DNA from: an uncultured Acidobacteriaceae bacterium
GTDB taxonomy: Bacteria > Acidobacteriota > Terriglobia > Terriglobales > Acidobacteriaceae
Assembly (NCBI GenBank): GCA_963790555.1
Contig: CAWBPB010000019.1
Location: 394,858 to 458,857 of the forward strand
Length of the DNA: 64,000 bases
Reading direction: 5' to 3'
Part shown: positions 30,879 to 43,571 of the stretch, piece by piece
How the letters are laid out: each line of letters starts with the position of its first letter
How positions within the stretch are numbered: position 1 is the stretch's first letter
Made by a program: the position numbers and the translations under genes
The notes under the pieces: model-generated
What the model was told of the DNA's origin: nothing
Databases searched by the model: none
Seen by the model: the letters and a program-made list of their open reading frames with translations, nothing else

Positions 30879-31436
30879 TTGCCCAAGAATATGGTGCCGA
30901 AGCGCCTCTTCTTCACAAAAGGTGCCGGCAGGCACAAGGAGCGCCTGACATCTTTTGAGCTCGCACTGCGCGATGCCGGTATCGCCGCGCAGAACCTGGT
31001 TCGCGTCTCATCCATCTTTCCACCGAATGCCAAGCTCATCACGCGCAAAGAGGGTGTGGAGTATCTGTCGCCGGGCGAGGTGACCTTTGCCGTGGTGGCC
31101 GAAAACTCCACGCGCGAGCCGCACCGCCTGGTCGCTTCGAGCATTGGGGTGGCCATTCCCAGCGACCGCAACACCTACGGCTACCTGAGCGAGCATCACA
31201 GCTTTGGCGAGACCGAGGATCAGGCCGGCGAGTACGCCGAGGAGCTGGCGGCCGAGATGCTTGCCACCACGCTCGATGTGGAGTTCGATCCGGACAAGAG
31301 CTGGGACGAAAAGAAGGAGATCTACCGCATCTCCAACAAGATCGTCCGCACGGCCAACGTGACGCAGTCCGCGATCGGCGACAAACGCGGCCGCTGGACG
31401 ACCGTCATCGCCGCTGCGATCCTGATCTTCGAGTAG
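30879..31436 (+). CDS. pdaD: Pyruvoyl-dependent arginine decarboxylase
   Basis: [23 protein letters not shown] (Ser-Ser cleavage site), [16 protein letters not shown]. Confidence 0.93.
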   Translation: MPKNMVPKRLFFTKGAGRHKERLTSFELALRDAGIAAQNLVRVSSIFPPNAKLITRKEGVEYLSPGEVTFAVVAENSTREPHRLVASSIGVAIPSDRNTYGYLSEHHSFGETEDQAGEYAEELAAEMLATTLDVEFDPDKSWDEKKEIYRISNKIVRTANVTQSAIGDKRGRWTTVIAAAILIFE

Positions 31437-31455
31437 CCCGACTTCAGAACAGACC

Positions 31456-31488
31456 AAAGGCGCGGGCCTCCAAAAGCCCCGCGCCTTT
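31456..31488 (+). terminator. Hairpin between pdaD and aguB
   Basis: AAAGGCGCGGG-N11-CCCGCGCCTTT, 11-bp stem. Confidence 0.7.
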
Positions 31489-31530
31489 CGCTTGCGTGCA
31501 GCATCAGGAATTAGAGGAAACCGAGACAAC

Positions 31531-32462
31531 ATGCCGACTGCTCTGAAATACCGGATTGGCCTGGTGCAGATGTCCTGCTCGCCCGATCCGGACGCGAATC
31601 TGGAGAAGGCAGCCGACCGCGTGCGCGAAGCCGCGCGTGCCGGAGCGCAGATCGTCTGCCTGCCGGAGCTCTTCCGCGCGCAGTATTTCTGCCAGCGCGA
31701 GGACACGGCTCTGTTCGACCTGGCGGAGCCGATTCCCGGGCCCAGCACGGAGCGGCTGAGCGCGGTGGCGCGCGAGGAGCACGTGCTGGTGATCGCTTCT
31801 CTCTTCGAGCGGCGCGCGGCCGGCCTGTATCACAACACGGCGGTCACCATTGAGGCCGACGGCACGATCGCCGGGCTCTACCGCAAAATGCACATCCCGG
31901 ACGATCCGCTCTACTACGAGAAGTTCTACTTCACGCCGGGCGATCTCGGCTTCCGCGCTGAGGAGACATCCGTCGGCCGCGTCGGCACGCTCGTCTGCTG
32001 GGATCAGTGGTATCCGGAGGGCGCACGCATCACCGCGCTGCAGGGCGCGAATGTCCTCTTCTACCCAACGGCGATTGGATGGCATCCGGCGGAGAAAGAA
32101 GAGTACGGCGCCGCACAGTACGACGCGTGGCAGACCATCCAGCGCGCGCATGCGATCGCCAACGGCGTCTACGTGGGCGCGGTGAACCGTGTTGGCTGGG
32201 AGAACGGTGACATGCGCGGCAATCGCGTGGAAGGGCCGGGCCTTGAGTTCTGGGGCGGCTCGTTCATTGCCGATCCCTTCGGCCGCGTCATCGCCAAAGC
32301 GCCGCATGATCGCGAAGACATCCTGATTGCGGAAGTGGATCCCACAGCGCTCGAAGAGCAGCGGCGTCACTGGCCGTTCCTGCGCGACCGCCGCATCGAC
32401 GCCTATGGCGGCATCACCAGCCGCTTTCTGGATCAGCCACTCAGCTCGAAGGTGGCGTTGAA

Positions 32463-32466
<4 letters not shown>
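31531..32466 (+). CDS. aguB: N-carbamoylputrescine amidase (carbon-nitrogen hydrolase)
   Basis: LPELF, YRKMHIPDDP.YYEKFYF, VCWDQWYPE (Glu-Lys-Cys triad); adjacent to aguA. Confidence 0.9.
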
Positions 32467-34023
<1,557 letters not shown>

Positions 34024-34036
34024 TAATCGAGCACGT

Positions 34037-34303
34037 ATGATGCGCGACATGCACGTCATTGTCTACTCCGCGGCATGGTGCCGCGACTGCCGCCAGGCAA
34101 AGCGCTTTCTGGAAGAGCACCAGATCGCGTACACGGAAATTGACATCGAGCGGGTGCCCGGCGCAGCGGAAGAGGTGATGCGCCACGTGGGCAAACGCGC
34201 GATCCCGCAGTTCGTCATCGACGGCCAGTGGGTGCAGCCGTATCGCCCTGGCCTCGGCTTCCTGTACCAGGAGATGTGCGAGCTACTGGGCCTGCCTGTT
34301 TAA
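34037..34303 (+). CDS. Glutaredoxin-like protein
   Basis: WCRDC, EIDIE, IPQFVIDG. Confidence 0.85.
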   Translation: MMRDMHVIVYSAAWCRDCRQAKRFLEEHQIAYTEIDIERVPGAAEEVMRHVGKRAIPQFVIDGQWVQPYRPGLGFLYQEMCELLGLPV

Positions 34304-34561
34304 GACGCGCCCGTCACGTCGCTCGTCCACGGTTCCGGGATCGTTCAGGATGGCGCGGGCGTCAGCCTCCTCTGCCGCGCTGACCTGCAGCGACACTCCA
34401 TCCAGCCCATTTCCATAAAGCAGGCCGGCATTTTCCCCCGCAAGGAAGCAGCGGATGCCCGCCGAATCCAGCCTTCCCTTGGCCAGCTCAGCCTGCAGCA
34501 TGTCCGTGAAGCGCTCAATCGTCACCATCTGCTCGCCCGACTGTTCCAGCTGCTCTGCCAT
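34283..34561 (-). CDS. DUF2007-like small protein
   Basis: AELAKGRLDSAGI.CFL..EN, GV.LQV....DARAIL. Confidence 0.75.
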   Translation of the reverse strand: MAEQLEQSGEQMVTIERFTDMLQAELAKGRLDSAGIRCFLAGENAGLLYGNGLDGVSLQVSAAEEADARAILNDPGTVDERRDGRVLNRQAQ

Positions 34562-34661
34562 CGTCTGCCCCCGGTCCGCTGACCTCTGTACGCTGATTGG
34601 ATGCGTGCCCGCTAGAATAAGACGTTACACTTCGCACCACAAGAGCGCAGGGAGAAACCGA

Positions 34662-35972
34662 TTGATCGCACGCTATACGCGGCCCGGCATGGGCGCCATC
34701 TGGACCGACGAGAACAAGTACCGCATGTGGCTGAAGGTGGAGACCGCCGCCTCCGAGACGCTGGCTGAAGACGGCATTGTGCCTCGCGAGGCCGCAGCAG
34801 CGATCCGCGACAAGGGCGACTTCGACCTGAAGCGCATCTTCGACATCGAGGCCGAAGTAAAGCACGATGTCATCGCGTTCACCACGGCGGTCGCGGAGAA
34901 GATCGGTCCCCAGGCGCGCTGGCTGCACTACGGCCTCACGTCGAACGACGTGGTCGACACGGCGCAGGCCCTGCAGGTAAAGGCCGCCTCCGGGCTGCTG
35001 CGCCACGGCATCGTCGGCTTGAAAGAGGTGCTGAAGCGCCGCGCGCTGGAGTTCCAGCACACCCCGATCATTGGCCGCACACACGGTGTCCACGCCGAGC
35101 CAACCACCTTCGGGCTGAAGCTGCTGAACTGGTACGCGGAGATTGACCGCGACCTGGCGCGCTTCGACGCCGCAGCCGAGGATATGCGCGTCGGCAAGCT
35201 CTCCGGCGCCGTTGGGACGTTCGGCCATCTGAAGCCGGAACACGAGGTCCGCATCTGCGAACGGCTGGGACTGAAGCCCGCACTGGTGGCCACCCAGGTG
35301 ATCCAGCGCGACCGGCATGCATACTACATCGCGACGCTCGCCGTGCTGACTGCGACGCTCGACAAGATTGCGACCGAGGTCCGCCACCTGCAGCGGACCG
35401 AGGTGCGCGAGGCGGAAGAGTTCTTCTCGGAAAAGCAGAAGGGCTCAAGCGCGATGCCGCACAAACGCAACCCCATCACCAGTGAGCAGATCAGCGGGCT
35501 CGCACGCGTGGTGCGCGCCAATGCGCAGGCCGCGTTTGAGAACGTCGCGTTGTGGCATGAGCGTGATATCTCGCACTCGTCTGTCGAGCGCGTCATCTTT
35601 CCTGACTCGACCATCCTGACCGACTACCTGCTGGCCAAGACAACATCGCTGATCGACAAGCTGCTGGTCTATCCCAAGCGCATGCTGCGGAATCTCGAAA
35701 GCACGGGCGGCCTGATCTTCTCCGGCCAGTTGCTGCTGGACCTGGCCGAGTCCGGCATGTCGCGCGAGGATGCGTACCGGCTGGTGCAGTCGCACGCCAT
35801 GCGCGCCTGGCGCGAGGAACTGGTCTTCCGTGATCTCGTCGCGCAGGATAAGGAGATCACCAAACGGCTCTCGCCGGACAAGCTGGCCAGGACCTTCGAC
35901 CTGGAGCGGCAACTGCGCAACGTGGACGCGATCTTCGATCGTGTGCTGAAGTACGAGACTGTGCCGGCATGA
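34662..35972 (+). CDS. purB: Adenylosuccinate lyase
   Basis: MIARY (TTG start), KHDVIAF, GRTHGVHAEPTTFG, GSSAMPHKRNP. Confidence 0.97.
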   Translation: MIARYTRPGMGAIWTDENKYRMWLKVETAASETLAEDGIVPREAAAAIRDKGDFDLKRIFDIEAEVKHDVIAFTTAVAEKIGPQARWLHYGLTSNDVVDTAQALQVKAASGLLRHGIVGLKEVLKRRALEFQHTPIIGRTHGVHAEPTTFGLKLLNWYAEIDRDLARFDAAAEDMRVGKLSGAVGTFGHLKPEHEVRICERLGLKPALVATQVIQRDRHAYYIATLAVLTATLDKIATEVRHLQRTEVREAEEFFSEKQKGSSAMPHKRNPITSEQISGLARVVRANAQAAFENVALWHERDISHSSVERVIFPDSTILTDYLLAKTTSLIDKLLVYPKRMLRNLESTGGLIFSGQLLLDLAESGMSREDAYRLVQSHAMRAWREELVFRDLVAQDKEITKRLSPDKLARTFDLERQLRNVDAIFDRVLKYETVPA

Positions 35973-36563
35973 ACGTCACTGTCGCGGTGACAGGAGCGAG
36001 CGGCGCGGTATTGGCGCAGCGGCTCCTGCACGCGCTCGAAGCGGACCAGCGCGTCACCGGAGTGGACTTCGTTGTCTCGGAGAGCGCACTGCGCGTCATC
36101 GCGGAGGAGCTTCACCTCTCCGGGCGAAACGATCTGGTCGAAAAGCTGCTGGGCGGTCCGCCGAAGAAGACGCGTCAGCATGCGGAGCACGACATCGCCG
36201 CGTCGATTGCCAGCGGCAGCTATCCATCCGCCGGCATGATCGTGCTTCCCTGCTCCATGGGCACGCTGGCCGGCATCGCGAACGGCATGGCCGGGAATCT
36301 GATCGAGCGGGCCGCCGATGTCTGCCTGAAGGAGCGGCGCCCGCTGCTGCTCTGCGTACGCGAGACGCCCTTCAACAAGATTCACCTGCGCAACATGCAG
36401 CTTGCCGCGGATGCCGGCGCGACGATCTTTCCCGGTGATCCCGGCCTTCTACAACGAGCCTGCGACCACGGCCGATATGGTGCGCAATTTTGTGGACCGC
36501 GTGCTGGCACACTTCGGACTGCCCCAGCCGGGCGCGTACGTCTGGAAGCCGGGCGCCCACTAA
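35969..36563 (+). CDS. ubiX: Flavin prenyltransferase (indel near 36432)
   Basis: VTGASGA, IASGS, PCSMGTL, RAADVCLKERR, RETP; C-terminus PAFY in shifted frame. Confidence 0.92.
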
Positions 36564-36591
36564 GCAGAGCTTCGACGTGCACAGGCTGTGA

Positions 36592-36630
36592 CTGACTCGC
36601 TGACTTGCTGACCGGTGTATCGCTGACTTG
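36592..36630. repeat. Short imperfect octamer repeats (CTGACT(C/T)G) between convergent genes
   Basis: CTGACTCG CTGACTTG CTGACCGG...CTGACTTG. Confidence 0.5.
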
Positions 36631-36636
36631 CCTTCC

Positions 36637-37257
36637 TTACATCGGCAAATGCTTCACATGCTCCGCGCGCACGTCGTCTGAAGTGAACAGGCTCAGAAAG
36701 GGCGCGCCATTGGCCGCTGCTTCGACCGCGGGCCGCCCCTTAGCCTCGGTGCGCTCCACCAGGCATACGACCCCGACAACGCGCATCTTCGCGGCATGGG
36801 CCGCCTCAATCGCCGTGATGGTCGAGCCACCCGTGGTGCACACGTCATCGACGATGAGTACCGGAGCATTCTCTTCAGAGAAGCCTTCGATCTTCCGCCC
36901 GGTGCCGTGCGCCTTCTCTGCCTTGCGGACGAGAAAGCCGTGGATCAATCTGCCTTTACCGGCATCCGCGTGGCGCTGCGCGCTGGCAATGGCAACGGCC
37001 GACACAACCGGATCGGCCCCCAGCGTAAGGCCGCCCACGGCGTGTGGGTCCAGATGATGCTCGCGCAACAGATCGAGGATGGCGAGGCCGGTCAAACGGC
37101 CGCCTTCCGCGTGCAGTGTCGTAGTACGGCAGTCGATGTAGTAGTCGCTGCGCCCGCCGGAGGAGAGTTGGAAGTCTCCCAGCTTGAAAGACTGGCGGGC
37201 GAGGAGCGCGAGAAGCAGCTGGCGGGGCGAGTTCTTTTCAGACGTAGTAGTCATCAC
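36637..37257 (-). CDS. pyrE: Orotate phosphoribosyltransferase
   Basis: GDFQLSSG.RS.YYID, RKAEKAHG, IVDDVCTTGGS. Confidence 0.96.
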   Translation of the reverse strand: MMTTTSEKNSPRQLLLALLARQSFKLGDFQLSSGGRSDYYIDCRTTTLHAEGGRLTGLAILDLLREHHLDPHAVGGLTLGADPVVSAVAIASAQRHADAGKGRLIHGFLVRKAEKAHGTGRKIEGFSEENAPVLIVDDVCTTGGSTITAIEAAHAAKMRVVGVVCLVERTEAKGRPAVEAAANGAPFLSLFTSDDVRAEHVKHLPM

Positions 37258-38330
37258 TTCACCAGCTTATCCAAATGCCGGAAGCCGCTCGTGCCAATGA
37301 AGAGCATGACGAAGATGGTGGCGTTGTACATGGAGTGCACCAGCGTGCTGGCCGCGAGCGAATGGAAGCGCACACGCGTGACGCAGAGCACGACGCTCAC
37401 GGCGAAAAGCACCGAGAGCGGCGCAAACGAATGAGCAAGCTGCGCGCCGTGCAGCATCGCGAATCCGATGCTGGTAATCACGGTAGAAAAGACCAGGGCG
37501 GGCAGGCTCCAGCGCGGGTCTGGATTGCGGGAACCCCGCTCCACACCATCAGAACCCCGCTCCGCACCGTCGACGTTGTGTTCTGTTCCCAGGTGGTGGA
37601 AGACAGCAACACCTTCCGGAGGCAGCGATGAGTAGATCGCCGCTTGCTGCTGCCATTCGCTTTCAGTGGGCTGGTGCGCGGGCGGGCCGCCGAGCAGCTC
37701 ACGTGGTGTGCGGGCACGTTGCATTGTCCAGTCCCATGCACTGGCCAGCGACGGCAGCAGGAAGCCGCGGAAGGCCAGCTCTTCAAACGCGGGCGCCACC
37801 GTCACGCCAAAGATAGCGATAAGCCACACGCCCAGCCGATTCGTGAAGAATTTATCGATCGGCAGCTCCTTCGGAATGGGCAGAAAATTTGAAAGGAACT
37901 GCACCACCACGCTGGTGGCTACGCCGATCGCAACCAGCAGCCACACACGGTGCCGCACGATGAATCCCCGCCAGTGCACTCCCTCAGCAAACGACCGTCC
38001 CCACAAGAGCGGAAAGATCAGCAAGCTCGCGGCCGCCGCAATCGCGTAGACGATCGCCTCCACCGGAATCACAATGCGGGGATCGGTCTGCATCTGGTCG
38101 ACCGTCTCGTGCAGATGCGGCGCAACATGCTTGAGCGACAGAGCGAATCCAAGCCCCACCAAAAACCCGGCGAGGATCACGATAAGTCCGAAGAGCAGCG
38201 TATGCCCGATAAGCGGCGTCGCATCGGAGAGCGGCGTCTGGTCTACGGTGACGACGGGCAGACGCGTCCCGGAATCGGAGACATCCTCCGGCGAGGCGGC
38301 AGGCGGCAGAGAGCTGGGATCGATCGGCAT
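37254..38330 (-). CDS. CPBP (Abi/CAAX type II) intramembrane glutamic peptidase
   Basis: APAFEELAFRG, GFAMLH, LVHSMYN; multi-TM. Confidence 0.9.
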   Translation of the reverse strand: MPIDPSSLPPAASPEDVSDSGTRLPVVTVDQTPLSDATPLIGHTLLFGLIVILAGFLVGLGFALSLKHVAPHLHETVDQMQTDPRIVIPVEAIVYAIAAAASLLIFPLLWGRSFAEGVHWRGFIVRHRVWLLVAIGVATSVVVQFLSNFLPIPKELPIDKFFTNRLGVWLIAIFGVTVAPAFEELAFRGFLLPSLASAWDWTMQRARTPRELLGGPPAHQPTESEWQQQAAIYSSLPPEGVAVFHHLGTEHNVDGAERGSDGVERGSRNPDPRWSLPALVFSTVITSIGFAMLHGAQLAHSFAPLSVLFAVSVVLCVTRVRFHSLAASTLVHSMYNATIFVMLFIGTSGFRHLDKLVK

Positions 38331-38337
38331 TGTCTGT

Positions 38338-41199
38338 TTACTGGAGGACTGTAGCAGAACGGCCCCGCGTGCTCTTCTTCGTCCGCCCATTCTCTGCCGC
38401 AATGGACGCCACGGCGGCGGCGGCGGACTCGCCGGCTGGAAAATACCGCCGCAGGAACTCTGCCGTATGCGAGGCCGTAACCTGCGCCACCTGCGCGGGC
38501 GTGCCTTCGGCCACGATCATCCCGCCGTCTTCGCCCCCTTCCGGACCCAGGTCGATGATCCAGTCGGCATTGCGGATCACGTCCAGGTTGTGCTCGATGA
38601 TGATGACAGTATTGCCAAGGTCAGTAAGCCGGTGCAGCACCTCCAGCAGCTTGCGCACATCATCAAAGTGCAAGCCGGTCGTCGGCTCATCCAGCACGTA
38701 GAGCGTCTTGCCGGTCTGGCGCTTGGAAAGCTCGCGCGCCAGCTTCATGCGCTGCGCTTCGCCGCCGGAGAGCGTCGTGGCCGCCTGCCCCAGGTGCACG
38801 TAGCCAAGCCCCACATCGACCAGCGTCTGCAGCTTCTGCCGCACCTGTGGAATGTCTTTGAGCACCGGCAGCGCGTCTTCGATGGCGAGATCGAGAATGT
38901 CGGCAATCGAATAGCCGTTGAACTTCACCGCGAGCGTCTCCTGGTTGAAGCGCCGGCCGTTGCAGACATCGCACAGCACGTAAACGTCGGGCAGGAAATT
39001 CATCTCGATACGCTTCTGACCGTCGCCCTGGCAGGCTTCGCAGCGGCCTCCCGCGACGTTGAAGGAGAAACGGCCGGGCTTGTAGCCACGCTCGCGCGCC
39101 TCCGGCAGCATGGCGAAAATGTCGCGGATCGCGGAGAGCACGCCGGTGTACGTCGCCGGATTCGAGCGCGGCGTGCGGCCAATCGGCGACTGGTCGATGC
39201 GGATGACCTTGTCGATCTGCTCGCCGCCCTTGATCGCCTTGTGCTCACCCGGAGGATCGTGTGAGTCGTAGAGCAGCCGCGCGAGCGAGCGGTAGAGGAT
39301 GTCGTTGACCAGCGTGCTCTTGCCCGAGCCGGAAACACCGGTCACCACGGTCATGACGTTCAGCGGAAAACGAGCCGTGATGTTACGCAGATTGTGGCTG
39401 CGCGCGCCTTCCACGGTGATCCACGCTCCGTTGACAGGGCGCGGCGTCAGCCGATGAAGGATGCCCGTAGCGCCGGAGAGATAGCGGCCGGTGAGCGAGT
39501 CCGCGGCCTCCATGATGTTTGCCGGAGTTCCTTCGGCAACGACATGGCCGCCCAGTTTGCCCGCTCCGGGGCCCAGGTCGAGCACATAATCGGCGCTGCG
39601 AATCGTGTCTTCGTCATGCTCGACAACCAGCACCGTATTGCCGAGATCGCGCAGCGATTCCAGCGCTGCAATCAGCCGCTGATTGTCCCGCTGGTGCAAA
39701 CCGATCGAAGGCTCGTCGAGCACGTAAAGCACGCCGCGCAGCCGCGAGCCAATCTGCGTCGCCAGCCGAATTCGCTGGCCCTCGCCGCCGGAAAGCGAGG
39801 CGGCGTTGCGATTCAGCGAGAGATAGGAGAGCCCAACCGCGTTCAGGAACTCCAGCCGCTCGATGATCTCGCGGCGCAGCCGGTCGGCGATCAGCGCCTC
39901 GCGCGCGGAGAAGCTGAGCGCGCGCGCCGCATTCAGCGCGCGGCCCAGCGGCAGCGAGGTGAAGTCGGCAATCGAAAGGTCGTTGACCTTGACCGCCAGC
40001 GATGCAGGCCGCAGCCGCTTGCCCTGGCACGCCGGGCAGATCGTCGCCGACATGTAACCCAGCAGCCATTCCCGGTAGCTGTCGGACTTCGATTCTTCAA
40101 GCGAATCGCGCAGCCACTGGAAGACGCCATGGAAGCCGGTGCGTGGCGCCTCGGCACCGGGGCCGTAGAGTAACAGCTCCTGTTGCTTCTCCGTTAACTC
40201 CTCGAACGGCTTCTGGATGGGGATCTTGTACTTCTGCGCCGCCAGCTTCACCAGCCGCGCCAGGTACTGCGATCCGGAGCCCGGGCCCAGCGCGCCCTCA
40301 AGCAAAGGCTTCGACCAGTCGATAACCACCTTGACGGCGTCGAAGTCGTAAATGCTTCCCAGGCCGTGACACTCCGGGCATGCACCGTAGGTGCTATTGA
40401 AGGAAAAACTGCGAGGCTCCAACTTAGGGACATCGAGTCCGCAATCGGGACACGCCATCGACGAGGAGTACAACTGCTCGCCCTCGGCATTTCCGATGAG
40501 GACCAGACCATTCGCCAACTGGAGCGCCTTGGCAACGGCCGCCTCCAGGCGCTTCTCGACGCCCGGTTTCAGCACCACGCGATCGACAATGGCCTCAATG
40601 GTGTGGTTCTTCCGCTTCTCGAGAGAAATCGGATCGGCAAGGTCCCGGACCTCGCCATCCACGCGGGCCTTAAATCCCTGCTGATCAAGCGAGTCGAGCA
40701 GATCCTTAAACTCGCCCTTGCGGCCGCGGACAACCGGCGCGTAGACAATCAGCCGCTCCCCGGCAGGCAGCGCAAGCACGCGCTCCACGATCTGCTCGGC
40801 GGACTGGCGGGAGATGGGCCTGCCGCAGTTCGGGCAGTGAGGGGTGCCGACGGAGGCAAAGAGCAGGCGGAGATAGTCATAGATCTCCGTGATGGTGCCG
40901 ACGGTGGAGCGGGGACTGCGGCTGGTGGTCTTCTGCTCGATCGAGATGGCGGGGCTGAGGCCCTCGATCGAATCGACGTCAGGACGCTCGATCTGATCGA
41001 GAAACTGGCGGGCGTAGGCCGAGAGAGTTTCGACGTAACGGCGCTGCCCTTCGGCGTAGATGGTGTCGAAGGCCAGCGAAGATTTGCCGGAGCCGGAGAG
41101 GCCGGTGATTACGGTGAGGGTGTTGCGCGGAATCTGGACGTTAATGTCCTGCAGGTTGTGCTGGCGCGCGCCGCGGACCGTGATGTTGGTGATGGGCAT
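38338..41199 (-). CDS. uvrA: Excinuclease ABC subunit A
   Basis: [23 protein letters not shown], zinc fingers, second Walker [17 protein letters not shown]. Confidence 0.98.
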   Translation of the reverse strand: MPITNITVRGARQHNLQDINVQIPRNTLTVITGLSGSGKSSLAFDTIYAEGQRRYVETLSAYARQFLDQIERPDVDSIEGLSPAISIEQKTTSRSPRSTVGTITEIYDYLRLLFASVGTPHCPNCGRPISRQSAEQIVERVLALPAGERLIVYAPVVRGRKGEFKDLLDSLDQQGFKARVDGEVRDLADPISLEKRKNHTIEAIVDRVVLKPGVEKRLEAAVAKALQLANGLVLIGNAEGEQLYSSSMACPDCGLDVPKLEPRSFSFNSTYGACPECHGLGSIYDFDAVKVVIDWSKPLLEGALGPGSGSQYLARLVKLAAQKYKIPIQKPFEELTEKQQELLLYGPGAEAPRTGFHGVFQWLRDSLEESKSDSYREWLLGYMSATICPACQGKRLRPASLAVKVNDLSIADFTSLPLGRALNAARALSFSAREALIADRLRREIIERLEFLNAVGLSYLSLNRNAASLSGGEGQRIRLATQIGSRLRGVLYVLDEPSIGLHQRDNQRLIAALESLRDLGNTVLVVEHDEDTIRSADYVLDLGPGAGKLGGHVVAEGTPANIMEAADSLTGRYLSGATGILHRLTPRPVNGAWITVEGARSHNLRNITARFPLNVMTVVTGVSGSGKSTLVNDILYRSLARLLYDSHDPPGEHKAIKGGEQIDKVIRIDQSPIGRTPRSNPATYTGVLSAIRDIFAMLPEARERGYKPGRFSFNVAGGRCEACQGDGQKRIEMNFLPDVYVLCDVCNGRRFNQETLAVKFNGYSIADILDLAIEDALPVLKDIPQVRQKLQTLVDVGLGYVHLGQAATTLSGGEAQRMKLARELSKRQTGKTLYVLDEPTTGLHFDDVRKLLEVLHRLTDLGNTVIIIEHNLDVIRNADWIIDLGPEGGEDGGMIVAEGTPAQVAQVTASHTAEFLRRYFPAGESAAAAVASIAAENGRTKKSTRGRSATVLQ

Positions 41200-41463
41200 G
41201 CAGGGACTTGAAGGAGTTGCGCCCAGGATTTTTCTATCTGGGTTGCCTGGGAAACATGACGCGAAAGTAATGGGATACGGCGGAAAAGACGGCGACAACG
41301 CACTGTCCTTCTACGTATCTTAGTCGGCAATAGAAACGAGGGTCAACGCTCACATCTCTCTGCGAGAATGCAGCTCGGAGATGAATCACAGAAGATGAAG
41401 CGCGCTCCACTGGATCGCACATTCATCCGAAACAATGCTTGGCTGGAAGAAGACGGATAGGAA

Positions 41464-41649
41464 ATGTCCCCCATGGATACGATGAATCTCTTAGGTCTCA
41501 CCTGTGCAGTACTTGCCGCCCTCGCTTTTGGCGTTCTGCTTGCCTATAACTGCTGCCGCGCACTCTTCGCGCTGCTCCGTGCACACTCCCGCTCGCTGCA
41601 CCCGGTCGCAACGAGCAAAGCGGTCGAGGCGCAGGTTCAGGCGTCGTAG
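41464..41649 (+). CDS. Small single-TM hypothetical protein
   Basis: AGGA RBS; hydrophobic LLGLTCAVLAALAFGVLLAY. Confidence 0.55.
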   Translation: MSPMDTMNLLGLTCAVLAALAFGVLLAYNCCRALFALLRAHSRSLHPVATSKAVEAQVQAS

Positions 41650-41728
41650 CCTCTCTCACTCTTTACGAACGACACACGGTCTTTGCTGCGAGGAATTCCC
41701 TTGCCCGGCGCGCGTGCGACAGCGCCGT

Positions 41729-42519
41729 TTATTCCGGCGCGTTCTGCATGGGCGGCGCGACCCGCGGATTCTGCGGATTCTGCGCCGTAGGTGGCACAGG
41801 CTCGGCAGGCGCTATCGAGGGTGGCGTGTACTGCATCGGCGGCGAGCCGTCGTCGGAGGCGTCGTCACCACTGTTACCCGTGTCGTCCTGCGCGCTGTCG
41901 TCGCCGTTCTGTGCGTTCTGTCCGTTCTGCCCCGGGTTCTGATTCTGGGCCGTGTCCGCAGGCGTCGACGCTCCGCCGCCCGTCCTCCGGGTCAACATCA
42001 GTTCGCGTGGCGCTCCGTTGGGCAGGTCCCCCACCATCACCACGTTGTATGACGTGCCATCCAGCAGCGCCGTCAAGAACTTCGCGCGGCGCCGCCGGGC
42101 CGAAGCTGCCAAAGACGCGCTCATCGCCGCCCAGCCCGTCCAGTTGCATGCCGGTCTTGGAGGAAACCTGACGCAGAATCTGCGCCAGGCTGGAATTGTC
42201 CGCCTTCACGGTCAGCTCGTTGTTGCCGGCGGTCACGGTTGCCGGCGATGCGGGCTGTTCAAACAGGCTGGGAGCAACGGTTGGCACCGGAGGCGGCGCG
42301 GGCGTTGCCGGCGGAGGCGTCCCTTTACCCTTCTGAGTAGGCTGGGCGCTGAGGCAGGCTCGTCGCGGCAGGCTGCGTCGGCACAGGCCGGGATGGCGTG
42401 TTCTGAGCCAGTGCTACCGCAGTCAAAGCAAACAGCCCGCAAAGCGTCAGACATGACGGCGCAAGGCGCGGCAGCCGCGCTCCAAATGACTTTTTTTCTC
42501 TGAATCCAGCCGCCAACAT
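41729..42519 (-). CDS. Exported hypothetical protein with STN-like domain and low-complexity tail (2 indels)
   Basis: Signal peptide ..TAVALAQ; LTVKADNSSLAQILRQVS..TGM....ERVFGSFGP...REVL.ALLDG..YNVVMVG. Confidence 0.65.
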
Positions 42520-42636
42520 GGCTCTTACCTGACTGTGCCCCACACCTCATAGACTACGCCAGCAGCCGCTTCGCTCATAACGGATCGGGTGCATCGTCAA
42601 ATTTCATTTCATTGCAATGCAGTGCGTCTAATACCA

Positions 42637-42652
42637 TGGTACATTTGTACCA
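42637..42652. promoter_or_regulatory. Palindromic operator-like site abutting start codon
   Basis: TGGTACA-TT-TGTACCA, perfect inverted repeat ending 1 nt before ATG 42654. Confidence 0.6.
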
Positions 42653-42653
42653 A

Positions 42654-42929
42654 ATGGCACCCAAGGACACATCTCCCGTGCACCCGATTGAAATCGAGCG
42701 CGTCCAGACCGGCGTGCGGCTGGAGAAGCGCATGCTCAAGGTGCTGAAGGCCATCGCGGAACAGAAGGACATGAGCCTGGGCGACCTGCTCGAGGGCATC
42801 GTGCTGCACGCCTTTGAAGGCAAGGCTCCGTTCTCGCCGCAGACACTCAAGGACATCGAACAGTTCCGCGCGCTCTACGGGCTGACGCTGCGCGCTCAGG
42901 ACAGTCATCAGCTCCGGGAGCGGCAATGA
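42654..42929 (+). CDS. Small conserved protein, probable ribbon-helix-helix DNA binder
   Basis: RVQTGVRLE strand, helix LKVLKAIAE, DMSLGDLLEGIV helix. Confidence 0.65.
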   Translation: MAPKDTSPVHPIEIERVQTGVRLEKRMLKVLKAIAEQKDMSLGDLLEGIVLHAFEGKAPFSPQTLKDIEQFRALYGLTLRAQDSHQLRERQ

Positions 42930-42939
42930 AGGAGCGGCA

Positions 42940-43467
42940 ATGAAATGGATTCTGATCCTTTGTCTGGTCATGAGTAGCGCGGCCCTTGGCAGCCACGCCG
43001 CGACGGCAGCAGCGTCGGATACGACACAACCGCTCGCGCATGTCAGCAGCAGCTTCAGCTTCCGGGTGAACGCCGGGCTGCGCGATGCCGCGCCGCTCTT
43101 CGGCCCCGAGGGTGAACGCGCATGGGCCGGCAAGGACTGGAATCCGCAATTCGCCTTTCCCACTCCAGCGCGGGACGTCGAAGGCGCGGTGTTCACCATC
43201 CAACACGGCGAGCACACAGCGGTCTGGATCAACACGGTCTTTGATCTCGAAACCGGCCGCATGCAGTATGTCTACGTGCTGGCCGATCTGCTGGCCACCA
43301 CCATCGACGTGCGTCTGCATCCCATCGATCTGACGCACACCAAAGTCGACGTGACCTATACCCGCACCGCATTGCGCCCGGAGGCGTAACGAGCACGTGC
43401 TCCGCATGGCGAAGCATGATGGCGAACAGGGGCCGGAGTGGGAAGCCGCCATCCATGCGTATCTAGA
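42940..43467 (+). CDS. Exported hypothetical protein (SRPBCC-like; indel near 43387)
   Basis: AAGGAG RBS, signal peptide, PLFGPEGERAWAG..W.P, DVTYTRTAL; C-terminal helix EWEAAI in shifted frame. Confidence 0.6.
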
Positions 43468-43571
43468 GCATCGAAGCAGTTCCCGATAGCAGCTTCCGTG
43501 CGTGCTGTATGTTTTGCGCTGCATGACGCGGTTGTGTTGAAGTAGGGGCGTGCTGTGTTGGTGATACCGCG

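Noticed and set aside
41200-41463. LexA/SOS box upstream of uvrA
   Set aside because: No GTTC-N7-GTTC, CTGT-N8-ACAG or GAAC-N4-GTTC match found by eye
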